The translations under genes and the position numbers were made by a program. From the sequence record MW845759.1: a stretch of 64,000 bases of DNA, one strand, 5' to 3'. A model generated the notes under the pieces. It worked only from the letters and a program-made list of their open reading frames with translations. It was not told the origin of the DNA and did not search any database. Shown here piece after piece: positions 27,439-36,612 of this stretch. The stretch's first letter is position 1. Each line of letters opens with the position of its first letter.

Positions 27439-27870
27439 ATGGAATACACTTTTGAAAATGTCACAACCCGTCGTTACACCGTTGGCGTTTGCACTATCAC
27501 CTGGGTGGATAACGGGAATCAGCGCAAAGCTTGGCTGGAGCTAAACGGTAAAGAAATGTGCAAATGGGAAGAGAACGAAGACGGTCGCTGGATTGTATCC
27601 GCTGCTATCGAGTTCATGAGCCGCTTGAAGAAGCGTACCTTCTCCAAAGAAAACACCTTCTGCATCTACGCCTGTATCGGTCGGATGATTGAAGCCCCAC
27701 ACGCTGGTCTGCATTGGCAAGACCACCATCGTCCGGGTACGGTCGGTTCCGCTATCGTACACGCACAAGCACAGTGCGGTCTGATTTTCCGCGTGAACAG
27801 CAAATACCAAACGCCGACCACCCGCTCGAGCAAAAACACCGCAGATGTGAGCCGCGCTCACCTGCATTGA
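27439..27870 (+). CDS. hypothetical early protein, 143 aa
   Basis: tggagctaatcATG start. Confidence 0.8.
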   Translation: MEYTFENVTTRRYTVGVCTITWVDNGNQRKAWLELNGKEMCKWEENEDGRWIVSAAIEFMSRLKKRTFSKENTFCIYACIGRMIEAPHAGLHWQDHHRPGTVGSAIVHAQAQCGLIFRVNSKYQTPTTRSSKNTADVSRAHLH

Positions 27871-27892
27871 TTTCTGTAGTAGTCGACGATTA

Positions 27893-27919
27893 ACCCCTAC
27901 TTCGGTAGGGGTATTTTTT
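27893..27919 (+). terminator. intrinsic terminator (UUCG loop)
   Basis: acccctac-ttcg-gtaggggt plus T tract. Confidence 0.8.
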
Positions 27920-27953
27920 CATTTCTATCTATCAAATACACTTGGAGCTAATC

Positions 27954-28763
27954 ATGTTTAAATTCGAAGCTATTGACATCCTGAACAATATCGACACTAA
28001 CGCACTGGAAAACAACTACGCGGTTAACTGGGGAGCACTCAACGCTGCCGGGTTCCGCTTTGACGCTTACCACGGTGAGAAGGACGCCACCGAATACCTG
28101 CTGATTGTTGCGGGTCGTAACGTCGGTATGATTACCCGCACCAAAGGCATTGTTGAGGCTGTCCGTGTGGCCGACGATGCACAGAACCGCCATGCATTGG
28201 AAACCCTGATTGAGAAGAACCTCGACTGGCGTTTCTACGAGAACGGTAGCCTGAGCTACACCGTTCAAAAACCACGCGCTTTCTTGGCCCGCCTGTTCGG
28301 TAAGAAAGCAACCAACATCGGTGCTCTGAAAGAAGAGGTAAAAGCGCAATTGAAAAATGCACAAGAGAAACTCGCCAAAGCCAAAGAAGAGCTGGCGAAA
28401 GAAGGCACCCCTGAAGCGGTAGTGGCGGGTGCAATGGTGGATGAGTTAACCCAAGTCGTTCAGGCAATGAGCGACGATGTTAACTCGCCGGAAGTCTTGG
28501 CTGAAGAAACCAAAAGCGAAACCAAGCGTACACTCGGCATGGCTGTCGCGGCCATCAATCATAACGGCATGACTTCCCGCGAACGCATCCTAGCGATGCG
28601 TGCCCTGCTGGAACTCGAAGAGTATGCAGATGACCCACAGATGAATACTCTGCGTGCAAACCTCGCAATGCCACCGGTGGTACGTCCGGAGCCGCCGGTT
28701 GAAGTTACGGTGGTTGTAGTTGAAGCTGCTGCACCGGCCGCTGAGGCTGAAGTGCAGAATTAA
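27954..28763 (+). CDS. hypothetical protein with coiled coil
   Basis: tggagctaatcATG start; LKEEVKAQLKNAQEKLAKAKEELAK. Confidence 0.8.
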   Translation: MFKFEAIDILNNIDTNALENNYAVNWGALNAAGFRFDAYHGEKDATEYLLIVAGRNVGMITRTKGIVEAVRVADDAQNRHALETLIEKNLDWRFYENGSLSYTVQKPRAFLARLFGKKATNIGALKEEVKAQLKNAQEKLAKAKEELAKEGTPEAVVAGAMVDELTQVVQAMSDDVNSPEVLAEETKSETKRTLGMAVAAINHNGMTSRERILAMRALLELEEYADDPQMNTLRANLAMPPVVRPEPPVEVTVVVVEAAAPAAEAEVQN

Positions 28764-28767
28764 GAAT

Positions 28768-28796
28768 AAGGGGTCACGGGCCCCTTTTCTTTTTTT
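28768..28796 (+). terminator. intrinsic terminator
   Basis: aagggg-tcacggg-cccctt plus T tract. Confidence 0.7.
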
Positions 28797-28834
28797 GCCC
28801 TTTGATATGTATTCCTTAACCTCCGAGACAGACT

Positions 28835-29887
28835 ATGGACAATTTAGACCATGACCTGGACAAAGATTTCGCCACACTGTCGGAAGACTTCGAAACAGTT
28901 CTGGCGCTTGAGTCCTTAGGCGTTAAACCAAATGATGTCGCTATGCTAACCATCGCCAAACGTTGGGTAGCGCATGAGTATTTCGGCGAAGGTGGTGTGG
29001 AGTTAGGTAAACGCGTAACTAAAGACACAGCGAAACTGGCTTTACGCGGGGCGGTATCTGGCACCAAGAAACTCTCATCACATTTGGCCAATACTTTTAT
29101 GGAGTGGGCAAAAGCACGAGATGGGCAAATTCGTGCCAAGCTTTCTGACGCTACCTCGAAAGGGGAGATGTTGAAGAAGCGTGCCCAGAAACTCCAATCC
29201 GTGGTGCTCGGGATGAAGTCGGTTGAGAAACACGACATCAAAACCGGGAGCTGGACTTCAAAAGTTTGTCAGGAAGATAAAGTCAATGTACAAGCATGCA
29301 TTCAGCTGGCTCAGGGCCATGCTAATCTCGACGATATTGTGGAAGCCTACACCGTATACACCAAGTCCATTCTGGATGGGCCGGCCAAGCGTAAAGGTGA
29401 TCAGCTCGAGAAACTCGGCCATTCCTCCGCTAGCGCTGTAAAACGGGCGGCAGGTATTCTGGGCATCGTTCAGACCAAGGCGGTGTCGGCATACCCCCTG
29501 CCCGGCAATGTTATCGTGGTTGTCTCTAACCCAGAGACCCACACTGAACGTGTCCAGTTCGCTGTAGCACGTGACGGTGAGTACGGGGAGACTATTCCCT
29601 CGCTTTCAGTGCAGCAGTGTAAAAAAGCACTGAACGCCGCTGAAGCATTAAGTAAAGCCGTCTATCAGCGCGGAACAAAACGCGGTGTCTTCTCGTACAG
29701 CGGTATATACGACAATATCCAATCTCTTGAGGGTCAATTAGACCGTGACGATTTGTCTAACCGTGAAATACACGAGATTACCCAACGTTATAAAAACGCC
29801 ATTGAAGTAGAAGACGCCATTACTACTGCATTGGTTCGTGTCGCAGAAGGGCTGTTGGATTATGTCCAGCACTCAGCGAAATCTTAA
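28835..29887 (+). CDS. internal head (ejection-type) protein with propeptide
   Basis: Acidic N-terminus ending in LALE-SLG, matching the A-X-E prohead protease site of phiKZ/SPN3US-like phages; TATG late-promoter candidate at 28806. Confidence 0.65.
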   Translation: MDNLDHDLDKDFATLSEDFETVLALESLGVKPNDVAMLTIAKRWVAHEYFGEGGVELGKRVTKDTAKLALRGAVSGTKKLSSHLANTFMEWAKARDGQIRAKLSDATSKGEMLKKRAQKLQSVVLGMKSVEKHDIKTGSWTSKVCQEDKVNVQACIQLAQGHANLDDIVEAYTVYTKSILDGPAKRKGDQLEKLGHSSASAVKRAAGILGIVQTKAVSAYPLPGNVIVVVSNPETHTERVQFAVARDGEYGETIPSLSVQQCKKALNAAEALSKAVYQRGTKRGVFSYSGIYDNIQSLEGQLDRDDLSNREIHEITQRYKNAIEVEDAITTALVRVAEGLLDYVQHSAKS

Positions 29888-29889
29888 TT

Positions 29890-29917
29890 AGAGGGGCTTC
29901 GGCCCCTCTATTTTTTT
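29890..29917 (+). terminator. intrinsic terminator (UUCG loop)
   Basis: agagggg-cttcgg-cccctct plus T tract. Confidence 0.8.
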
Positions 29918-29938
29918 AATACGTAAGGATGTCCTAAT

Positions 29939-30415
29939 ATGGGCGAAATACGCGATGTTGAATTCGTGGTGTTTACGGATATGGACAGTGGTCTATATCG
30001 CCAACTGGAACCACAGCTGCTGGCATTACAGGCAGAGTTAACCAAACAAGAGCTGGCATCAGTTTTTGCGGCGATGGGGATTGAACCGAGAGATATTCCA
30101 CTGCCGCCGGCGAAACCGGATTGGTGGAAAGGTTCTTTATTGGTCGCGTATAACGCCGATCGTGTTCATGGGTTTGTCAGCCTTCGCAAGGACAGTGTGG
30201 AGACACAAGCGAAGATTAACAACCTCATTGTACACCAAGAGTCTCGTGGGTTTGGGATAGCGTCTGAGTTAATGGCTCGGGCGACTGAACAAGCACAAGG
30301 CGAAGGCTACACCAGCATAGTTTTAGAAGTGATGCACGATAATCCTGCGGCAGAAGCATTATACCGGAAACTCGGTTTCGTTTTCCTGACCAAAAAGATG
30401 TGCAAACTATTCTAA
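29939..30415 (+). CDS. GNAT family N-acetyltransferase (RimI-like)
   Basis: LIVHQESRGFGIASELM (motif A) and NPAAEALYRKLGF (motif B). Confidence 0.9.
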   Translation: MGEIRDVEFVVFTDMDSGLYRQLEPQLLALQAELTKQELASVFAAMGIEPRDIPLPPAKPDWWKGSLLVAYNADRVHGFVSLRKDSVETQAKINNLIVHQESRGFGIASELMARATEQAQGEGYTSIVLEVMHDNPAAEALYRKLGFVFLTKKMCKLF

Positions 30416-30474
30416 AATACAATTAAAACAATTACTTACCGTAGTATGGATACTCGAGCATAGGAGTTTTTGGT

Positions 30475-31107
30475 ATGACAACTATTAAAAACGCCGTTGC
30501 TGGCGAAGGACGTCGCTACACCTTTAAAGTTAAGCGTTATTCGCTACCGGTTCATCTAGGCTGGTCGGCAGTCCGCATGTGGGGGCGTATTTGGAATCTT
30601 CCGCCCGGACTGACTCGACACCTTGAAGTGGAGTACATCGACCGTATTTTCCGGGACGGTGAATCTCCACAACTTCGGAACTTCATCAGCGTTTGTGCTC
30701 TGCGCCCGACCGGCCAGTCAACAGATGCAACGAAGCCCGGTGTATATTGGGATGGTGCCAATCTTTTCCATGTTGGCCAGAAATGCTCTAAACCCCGTGT
30801 GACAGAAGTCTATGTTGAGACAGCAAAGCAACGCTTCATTGGCATCGAGATCGCTCTCGAGAAAGATGGGCAGGAGTTCTGCTATCAACTACTTACGGAT
30901 AAGGACGTGGATATTCGTACCTTCTACAAATATCTTTTATTTCAGAAGCACCGTATTTCGGTGCGCGGCGTAGCGGGTGCTTTCGGTCACTTTGCCTCGT
31001 TACGTTTTGGACGTGACAAACGTTTGGAGGATGAATGTATTACCACGAAATTAGACGGCTCACTGCTGCACTCTCCGCAGCAAGAACGGCAAAAGATAAC
31101 AGCTTAG
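30475..31107 (+). CDS. hypothetical protein, 210 aa
   Basis: AGGAG RBS. Confidence 0.75.
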   Translation: MTTIKNAVAGEGRRYTFKVKRYSLPVHLGWSAVRMWGRIWNLPPGLTRHLEVEYIDRIFRDGESPQLRNFISVCALRPTGQSTDATKPGVYWDGANLFHVGQKCSKPRVTEVYVETAKQRFIGIEIALEKDGQEFCYQLLTDKDVDIRTFYKYLLFQKHRISVRGVAGAFGHFASLRFGRDKRLEDECITTKLDGSLLHSPQQERQKITA

Positions 31108-31406
31108 CCGATGTCAAGTCCGCGCTAGAAGCGATTGAGAACCCGCCGCTTGTGATTCTGCAAGAACGCAAAGTCGGTCGGTCTACTCAGGCGCATCTGC
31201 GGGTAGCCATCGGTAACGACTGTTTCCACTTGCGTTGCGTTATCAGTGAACTTGCGTTTGCTGTGATGCGCTCCAGTGTGAGCATTGACGGTACGAGAAA
31301 AGAGTGGTGCTGGAATAACAAACCAGCGGATTTTAAATTCGATGCGACAGAAGACGAACGTCAAACGATGCACGAGTTTATCACCGCAATCATTAACGCG
31401 TTATAG
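31035..31406 (+). CDS. hypothetical protein, 123 aa
   Basis: GGAGG RBS; overlaps the 3' end of the upstream gene. Confidence 0.65.
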   Translation: MYYHEIRRLTAALSAARTAKDNSLADVKSALEAIENPPLVILQERKVGRSTQAHLRVAIGNDCFHLRCVISELAFAVMRSSVSIDGTRKEWCWNNKPADFKFDATEDERQTMHEFITAIINAL

Positions 31407-31414
31407 GTGTTGTT

Positions 31415-32017
31415 ATGATTTTAGAATCTCTTTTGCGAATTACTAGTTCACGGTTCAGGAAAAACGGAAAGTTACCCCCGCACGTAACTATCCGCCGACA
31501 CGGATTTGAGCGCAAGTACCATCTGCAAACTATCGTGGCGATTGCTTCCCGTTTAGCGGGTAAGAAACGTACCATCGGTATCAGTAACGAAGAGAACGCA
31601 GCCTGCATGGTGCGTATCGCTAGCCGTGAGATTTACAAGTACCGTAAACAGTCACCGGTTGCGTGCTGGGCATTACGTGATGTTGAGAAGACACCACTAC
31701 CTGCCACCGCTCGGGTGGTTGACTTGCGTGAACAGCATTACAATGTTGATGGGCTGGTGCTTGATCGTTTGCTGCGTGTTTTAAGTGGCGACCAATCAGG
31801 CGACTGTTCTCAACAGCACGGTGTCGCTACAGTACAGAAGCTGCTGGAAACCGACATCATCATTGTTAACACGCCGTTAGAATCTGCACGTATGCAAGAC
31901 TACCTTGCGCGCCGTGTACTCAAACCGGTTGTGGTAACAGGGGAAGAAATCGCGGGTTACTACGACGCACCGGTCACAGCGGGTGAGTGGGGTAAGCCGA
32001 CAGTGGCGTACGGTTAA
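31415..32017 (+). CDS. hypothetical protein, 200 aa
   Basis: ORF in operon context. Confidence 0.7.
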   Translation: MILESLLRITSSRFRKNGKLPPHVTIRRHGFERKYHLQTIVAIASRLAGKKRTIGISNEENAACMVRIASREIYKYRKQSPVACWALRDVEKTPLPATARVVDLREQHYNVDGLVLDRLLRVLSGDQSGDCSQQHGVATVQKLLETDIIIVNTPLESARMQDYLARRVLKPVVVTGEEIAGYYDAPVTAGEWGKPTVAYG

Positions 32018-32021
32018 TCAA

Positions 32022-32669
32022 ATGCAGAAACCTTTTGTAATTGCGATTGGTGGTCCCGACTATGGCGGGAAATCCACGTTTTGCAAGAAGTCCACAGAGC
32101 TGTTAGCGGCAGCTGGGTATAAGGCAGTTACTATCGGCTTTCCCAGCACCACTGAATTAGGTTTAGCAGCTCGTGCGTCTATTCGCGCAGGTGAACCTCC
32201 TGAAGTACAGGCAGCGAAACTGATTGCGGACTTCAAGCATCATTTAAATACGTTTGGGCAAAGCGATGCAGATGTGATTTTTCTTGACCATTTCGTCATC
32301 TCGACGATTATGCATCAAGGCGAAGCAGGAAAAGCTGCAGTCTTTAATAGCGCGATACTGCGTCACAACTACGCCCCCTCGGTCTTCGTGGAAATCACGT
32401 GTGACTACGAAACAATGCTGGCTCGGGCTAAGCAACGTTTCGAAGAGAAGGGTGAAACGTGGGACGATGTGTTGACCGCGAAATATACCTCTACTCCGGA
32501 GAACTGGGAAGCATTAGTGCAGCGAAGTGAATTCGCCCACCGGATTGTTACTGACTCAGGCGAACGTCGGGATTGGATTCGTTTAAATCCTCACTGGCAA
32601 ACCAGCGATGTGATGCAGCTGGTCCTGAAGTTGGTCAATACGTTTGAGCACGAACGCCAGCCGGCTTAA
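32022..32669 (+). CDS. tmk: thymidylate kinase-like NMP kinase
   Basis: P-loop IAIGGPDYGGKST; VTIGFPS; D-H-F in place of the D-R-X motif; start at ATG 32022. Confidence 0.75.
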   Translation: MQKPFVIAIGGPDYGGKSTFCKKSTELLAAAGYKAVTIGFPSTTELGLAARASIRAGEPPEVQAAKLIADFKHHLNTFGQSDADVIFLDHFVISTIMHQGEAGKAAVFNSAILRHNYAPSVFVEITCDYETMLARAKQRFEEKGETWDDVLTAKYTSTPENWEALVQRSEFAHRIVTDSGERRDWIRLNPHWQTSDVMQLVLKLVNTFEHERQPA

Positions 32670-32705
32670 GATGCGCGTCCTGACTTCGGTCAGGACGACA
32701 TCAAT

Positions 32706-32736
32706 TATTTTTTCAGATATATTTTATTCTGATGAA
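32706..32736 (+). promoter_or_regulatory. putative early promoter upstream of the GNAT trio
   Basis: ttttttcagatatattttattctgatgaa matches the cagatata-tattac...tgaa family. Confidence 0.55.
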
Positions 32737-32784
32737 AATAACATGACAAAGTTATGCTATGCCGAAGAACCGTGGAGTAATAAA

Positions 32785-33642
32785 ATGAAGACCGTGGAAT
32801 TAACCTTGTCACATTTACATCGCAGCGAATGGATTAAACAGCTGAATGCGATGTCAGAGCATTACCCTGTCCGCAAGACGTTGCTGGACATGAAAAAGAA
32901 AGACGTCAAGATTGCTATTCAGGTGAACGATGATAATAAACTGATGGCTTTTCTTGCGTTGATTCCAACCGGTGTCCCGGGCGATTGCATGGGCCTGTGC
33001 TTTGGTAATGCACCGGGCGCTGCACCCAGCTTCGCAGAAGAGGCCATGCGTCTGTTCGACTTCAAAGTCCTGCGTATGCAAGTGCCGCAGAAACATTTCC
33101 ATCCCGAGGCTGAGCGCCTTGGTATCATGAAGAATTTCAATCTGCTCCATCGTCGTCTTCCGCCAGTAGGGGAAGCGCCAGAAGGGACAGAGCTGATTAG
33201 CGGTGAAGTCTTCCAAACCTTATCAGGTGAAGACATCGTTGCTGTACGTGACCTCCTTACCTACGCTGTGGGCGTGGAGGAGAAGTTTGACAAATTAGGC
33301 CGTGACCATCTGCGCCACTATAATAGCCAGCATGTCTTAAACCGCATGGACGACTTAGGCTTCTTTGCGCTGGTCTACCGTGTCGAGGGTAAAGTGTCGG
33401 GGCTGATTACCGCCCAAGCTGGTTGTGAATGGGTCGAGATAAACGGCCTAGCAGTTGCGCAGGAGCATCAGCGTAAAGGTATTGGCAGTAAATTAGTAAA
33501 CGGACTGATTCATCTGGTCAAAGAGTATTACGACCAGCATGCAGCCATGGTGTTCACCAACAACCTCCCGTCGTTGGCGTTATTCGAAAAACTAGGATTC
33601 GTTGAAGAGTCCGCACTATTCATGAAAATCGTTGAGGATTAA
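32785..33642 (+). CDS. tandem-domain GNAT acetyltransferase 1
   Basis: GGAG RBS before ATG 32785; C-terminal VAQEHQRKGIGSKL and NLPSLALFEKLGF; N-half looks like a degenerate GNAT (EAERLG). Confidence 0.85.
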   Translation: MKTVELTLSHLHRSEWIKQLNAMSEHYPVRKTLLDMKKKDVKIAIQVNDDNKLMAFLALIPTGVPGDCMGLCFGNAPGAAPSFAEEAMRLFDFKVLRMQVPQKHFHPEAERLGIMKNFNLLHRRLPPVGEAPEGTELISGEVFQTLSGEDIVAVRDLLTYAVGVEEKFDKLGRDHLRHYNSQHVLNRMDDLGFFALVYRVEGKVSGLITAQAGCEWVEINGLAVAQEHQRKGIGSKLVNGLIHLVKEYYDQHAAMVFTNNLPSLALFEKLGFVEESALFMKIVED

Positions 33643-33645
33643 TAG

Positions 33646-34515
33646 ATGGAATATGTACAGTTAGATGTTACGAGCGAAGCACCAATGCCCCTGTTCTCAG
33701 AAGAGATGCAGCATCTCATCTATGGCATGACTATGCAGGGTGGTTTGGTGTTCTTTGCACGTGATGAAGAAGCCGAAGAAGTTAAAGGCGTTCTTGGCGT
33801 GTTTCAATCACACATTCCGGGTGTGGTTGAAGTGGGCATGATGTACACATTCGGTGATAATGTGGACGGCGTCATTACGCGTGACTTTATTGACTTTATC
33901 ATGAAAGCCACCGATGCGAAAGTGATGCGTTGCCAGCTCAGCGACGACCCAAGTCGTGAAATGGTGGCGGAGCTGGGCTTTACTCACGAATCGACCATTC
34001 AGGGTATTGATTTGGGTGAGCCGGTGGAACAGGCGACGGAAGGGGTTATCAGTATCGCCGGTAAAGGCTTTGATTACCTCAATATCGAACAACGTAATCA
34101 GCTCCGTCAACTGATTCGTCTGGGCGCAGAGGAAGAGTCGAGCTATACGCCGAACCTTCACATTCCAAGCGACAACGACATCGATACTATCTTCGCGGAC
34201 ATTGCCGAGTCGAAGTATGACGTGTACGTGCGCCTGGAAGACGGTGCGGTTATCGCTCTACTGATGATCGACCCGACCAACCCGCAGTCTGCCGTTATCG
34301 GTTCGGTGGTGGTGCACCCTGACCACCGCTTAAAGGGCATCGGTCGTCTGCTGGTCGCACAGGCTGTCTCTGACTACGGCGATGCCGAGCGTTTAGTGCT
34401 GGCGGTGACGTTACAGTCTACGCCGCATCTGCGTGAGTTCTTCGGTAACTGTGGATTGATTCCAGTTGCCACCGTTCACAAATTTGCCTCAGCCGAGGCG
34501 CAGGAGGTCGCATGA
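33646..34515 (+). CDS. tandem-domain GNAT acetyltransferase 2
   Basis: VVHPDHRLKGIGRLLV motif A; N-half ends MVAELGF; same architecture as the upstream gene. Confidence 0.85.
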   Translation: MEYVQLDVTSEAPMPLFSEEMQHLIYGMTMQGGLVFFARDEEAEEVKGVLGVFQSHIPGVVEVGMMYTFGDNVDGVITRDFIDFIMKATDAKVMRCQLSDDPSREMVAELGFTHESTIQGIDLGEPVEQATEGVISIAGKGFDYLNIEQRNQLRQLIRLGAEEESSYTPNLHIPSDNDIDTIFADIAESKYDVYVRLEDGAVIALLMIDPTNPQSAVIGSVVVHPDHRLKGIGRLLVAQAVSDYGDAERLVLAVTLQSTPHLREFFGNCGLIPVATVHKFASAEAQEVA

Positions 34516-35402
34516 TTGTAGCCGGGCATAAATCCGATATTCCTGCCGTCGTGTGGGAAAGTGCTATCAAAAAGATGCCGGACGAAATTGTTCGGCAGTC
34601 TCGTCACGCGAACATCAAGTTCATTATCGAAACTGACGACGACGGTGAAGTAACTGCCTTTGGCGTGGGTGAAACCATGACGGTGTATTATGTCATGGCG
34701 GGGATTTACACTGTTAACGACAGCCCGAGCCCGAACTTCATGGCGGAAGGTATGCGTCAACTGGGGTTAAAGGTTGCCACCCTGTCCGTGGAATCTGACG
34801 ATGAAGTGTTTAAAGAGATAGGCTTTGTTGTCGCCAATCGTCTTTACGCTTCCACGCCAGAAGTACCGCTTGATACACCGCCCTTTGTTACCAGCATGGA
34901 TCTCGTGCCAGAGTGTGATTGGCCGAAATACGAAATGCTGATGGCGATGGACTTAGAAGTTCATAAACCGACAGAAGACGGTCGGGGGTACGAAGCGCCG
35001 TGTCGTGAATTGTTTAAGAAAATCAAAACCAACCCTGAATTGGCAGTGGTGAAACTGAAAGACGGACGACTGCATGGCATCATGATGATGATGAAGTCAT
35101 TGATGCGTCCTGACGACTGTACACCGCTGTTGCAGGCCGACCTGTACGTCCCGCAGGCATTGTTAGCTTTACCGGGTGAACCCGGCGAGTTAACCGTTCC
35201 TGATGAACTGTTACATTACGCTACCCGACTGTTAGAGTCGCAAAATAAGCGTATGGTCATCCAGTCTGAAAGGAACGACGGTGAAATTTATTTACGAGAT
35301 GTGCTGAAATACCAATATATTTACAGCACGTGCCAGTATTACGTCCAAGAAGAGGACGAACTGGTTGAAGCAACCGCAGATGCTATGGACGACCCATCCT
35401 GA
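34512..35402 (+). CDS. degenerate tandem GNAT-like protein 3
   Basis: Similar size and N-half pattern (VFKEIGF) to the two upstream genes; motif A not recognisable. Confidence 0.5.
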   Translation: MIVAGHKSDIPAVVWESAIKKMPDEIVRQSRHANIKFIIETDDDGEVTAFGVGETMTVYYVMAGIYTVNDSPSPNFMAEGMRQLGLKVATLSVESDDEVFKEIGFVVANRLYASTPEVPLDTPPFVTSMDLVPECDWPKYEMLMAMDLEVHKPTEDGRGYEAPCRELFKKIKTNPELAVVKLKDGRLHGIMMMMKSLMRPDDCTPLLQADLYVPQALLALPGEPGELTVPDELLHYATRLLESQNKRMVIQSERNDGEIYLRDVLKYQYIYSTCQYYVQEEDELVEATADAMDDPS

Positions 35403-35481
35403 GCACTTCCGTTTAACGTAGCGGAACTGTGAGGAATTAATTCCTTCAAGCTATGCGCAATAATCCCATTATGGAGTAACC

Positions 35482-35745
35482 ATGAGTCAGAATATTAACC
35501 GCAAAGTCAGTGCCAAGAAAGATGTGTACTATGCCGTGGGTGAGGTCGTCCGCGGGGTGATTGACAAGACTGGTGTTTTACACCTCGCTGTGGCCACCGA
35601 AGTGACACGCGGCGACCGCCGTATGTTAGATCAGCTGGTCATTAAGGCAAAACGTCGCGACGGTGTTCGTAGCGTCAAGGAAATCCCGGGGACCACAATG
35701 GAATTGGTCGAAGGTGAAATCCATGTTCGGCGCATCGCTGCGTGA
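35482..35745 (+). CDS. hypothetical protein, 87 aa
   Basis: GGAG RBS. Confidence 0.75.
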   Translation: MSQNINRKVSAKKDVYYAVGEVVRGVIDKTGVLHLAVATEVTRGDRRMLDQLVIKAKRRDGVRSVKEIPGTTMELVEGEIHVRRIAA

Positions 35746-36137
35746 CGACGTCTAAGTTCGATCTTAAAGTACACCCAAACCGGACACACCGTTGTGATGA
35801 GAACATTGCAAACCTGTCCACAATGATCGAGTTGAAGGGCCCCCGTTCTCCAGAGGGCCTGATACGTATTCGTCGAAAGTTAATGCTCGTCCATTCGTAC
35901 ATCTATTATAAGGTGGGGGTGAGTGCTATCTCAGATGATCTGTGGCAGCGTTGGGCCTATGACCTAGTGGTGCTACAAGACAGTTTCCCAGACTTGTGCA
36001 ACATCGATTATTACGACGATGCATTTGTAGATTGGGACGGTTCTACCGGGATGGACCTTCCGTACGACGACACTATCGTGGCTGAGGCTGTGAAGCTGTA
36101 TCGTATGTACACTGGTCAAGTTTTGGACGTCGTTTAA
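35742..36137 (+). CDS. stand-alone NAD-dependent DNA ligase domain Ia-like protein
   Basis: RRKLMLVHSYIYYKVGVSAISDDLWQRW...LVVLQ resembles the LigA N-terminal H..YY....P.ISD.EYD.L..EL..LE motif. Confidence 0.55.
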   Translation: MTTSKFDLKVHPNRTHRCDENIANLSTMIELKGPRSPEGLIRIRRKLMLVHSYIYYKVGVSAISDDLWQRWAYDLVVLQDSFPDLCNIDYYDDAFVDWDGSTGMDLPYDDTIVAEAVKLYRMYTGQVLDVV

Positions 36138-36179
36138 CGAACGCCGAGGACGAAACTATCGTCACTCAAGGGGGTTCGT

Positions 36180-36335
36180 ATGTCTGTAGCTATCCTGACG
36201 GGTGCATTAATCTCCGCGTTCGTATGGGAGTGCCTGTCCTGGTTTTTTCGACTAGGCGGCATTCCTGTACTTCAGCGCGTGGGTATGATGGGGGTCTGGG
36301 TCGGTTTCTATTACGCCCTGTTCCACATCGATTAA
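36180..36335 (+). CDS. small two-TM membrane protein, 51 aa (not in ORF track)
   Basis: AAGGGGG RBS; MSVAILTGALISAFVWECLSWFFRLGG...FYYALFHID*. Confidence 0.6.
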   Translation: MSVAILTGALISAFVWECLSWFFRLGGIPVLQRVGMMGVWVGFYYALFHID

Positions 36336-36365
36336 AAAAGCTGATTCCTCTGGGAGTGAAGAATC

Positions 36366-36551
36366 ATGTATAGCGTAGCAATTGTACCACAACGTAAATT
36401 TGGCGCGGCACGGCGAGTTAGTGCTGTCCAGCTTTACGCACAGCGCAACAATCTCGACTACAACGTAGCAGCAAGTCAGCTGGCGGACACGCCTCTCAAC
36501 GATATCCTTCGTGAGCTCGGTCTTTTACCGAAAGAAGAAGCTGCAGTTTGA
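36366..36551 (+). CDS. hypothetical protein, 61 aa
   Basis: GGGAG RBS; terminator-like hairpin at 36562-36598. Confidence 0.7.
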   Translation: MYSVAIVPQRKFGAARRVSAVQLYAQRNNLDYNVAASQLADTPLNDILRELGLLPKEEAAV

Positions 36552-36612
36552 TTTAAGTGGGCGTCCTCCTCGGGGGACGTCATTTTATCTTTTTTATTTG
36601 GAGTAATCAGAA

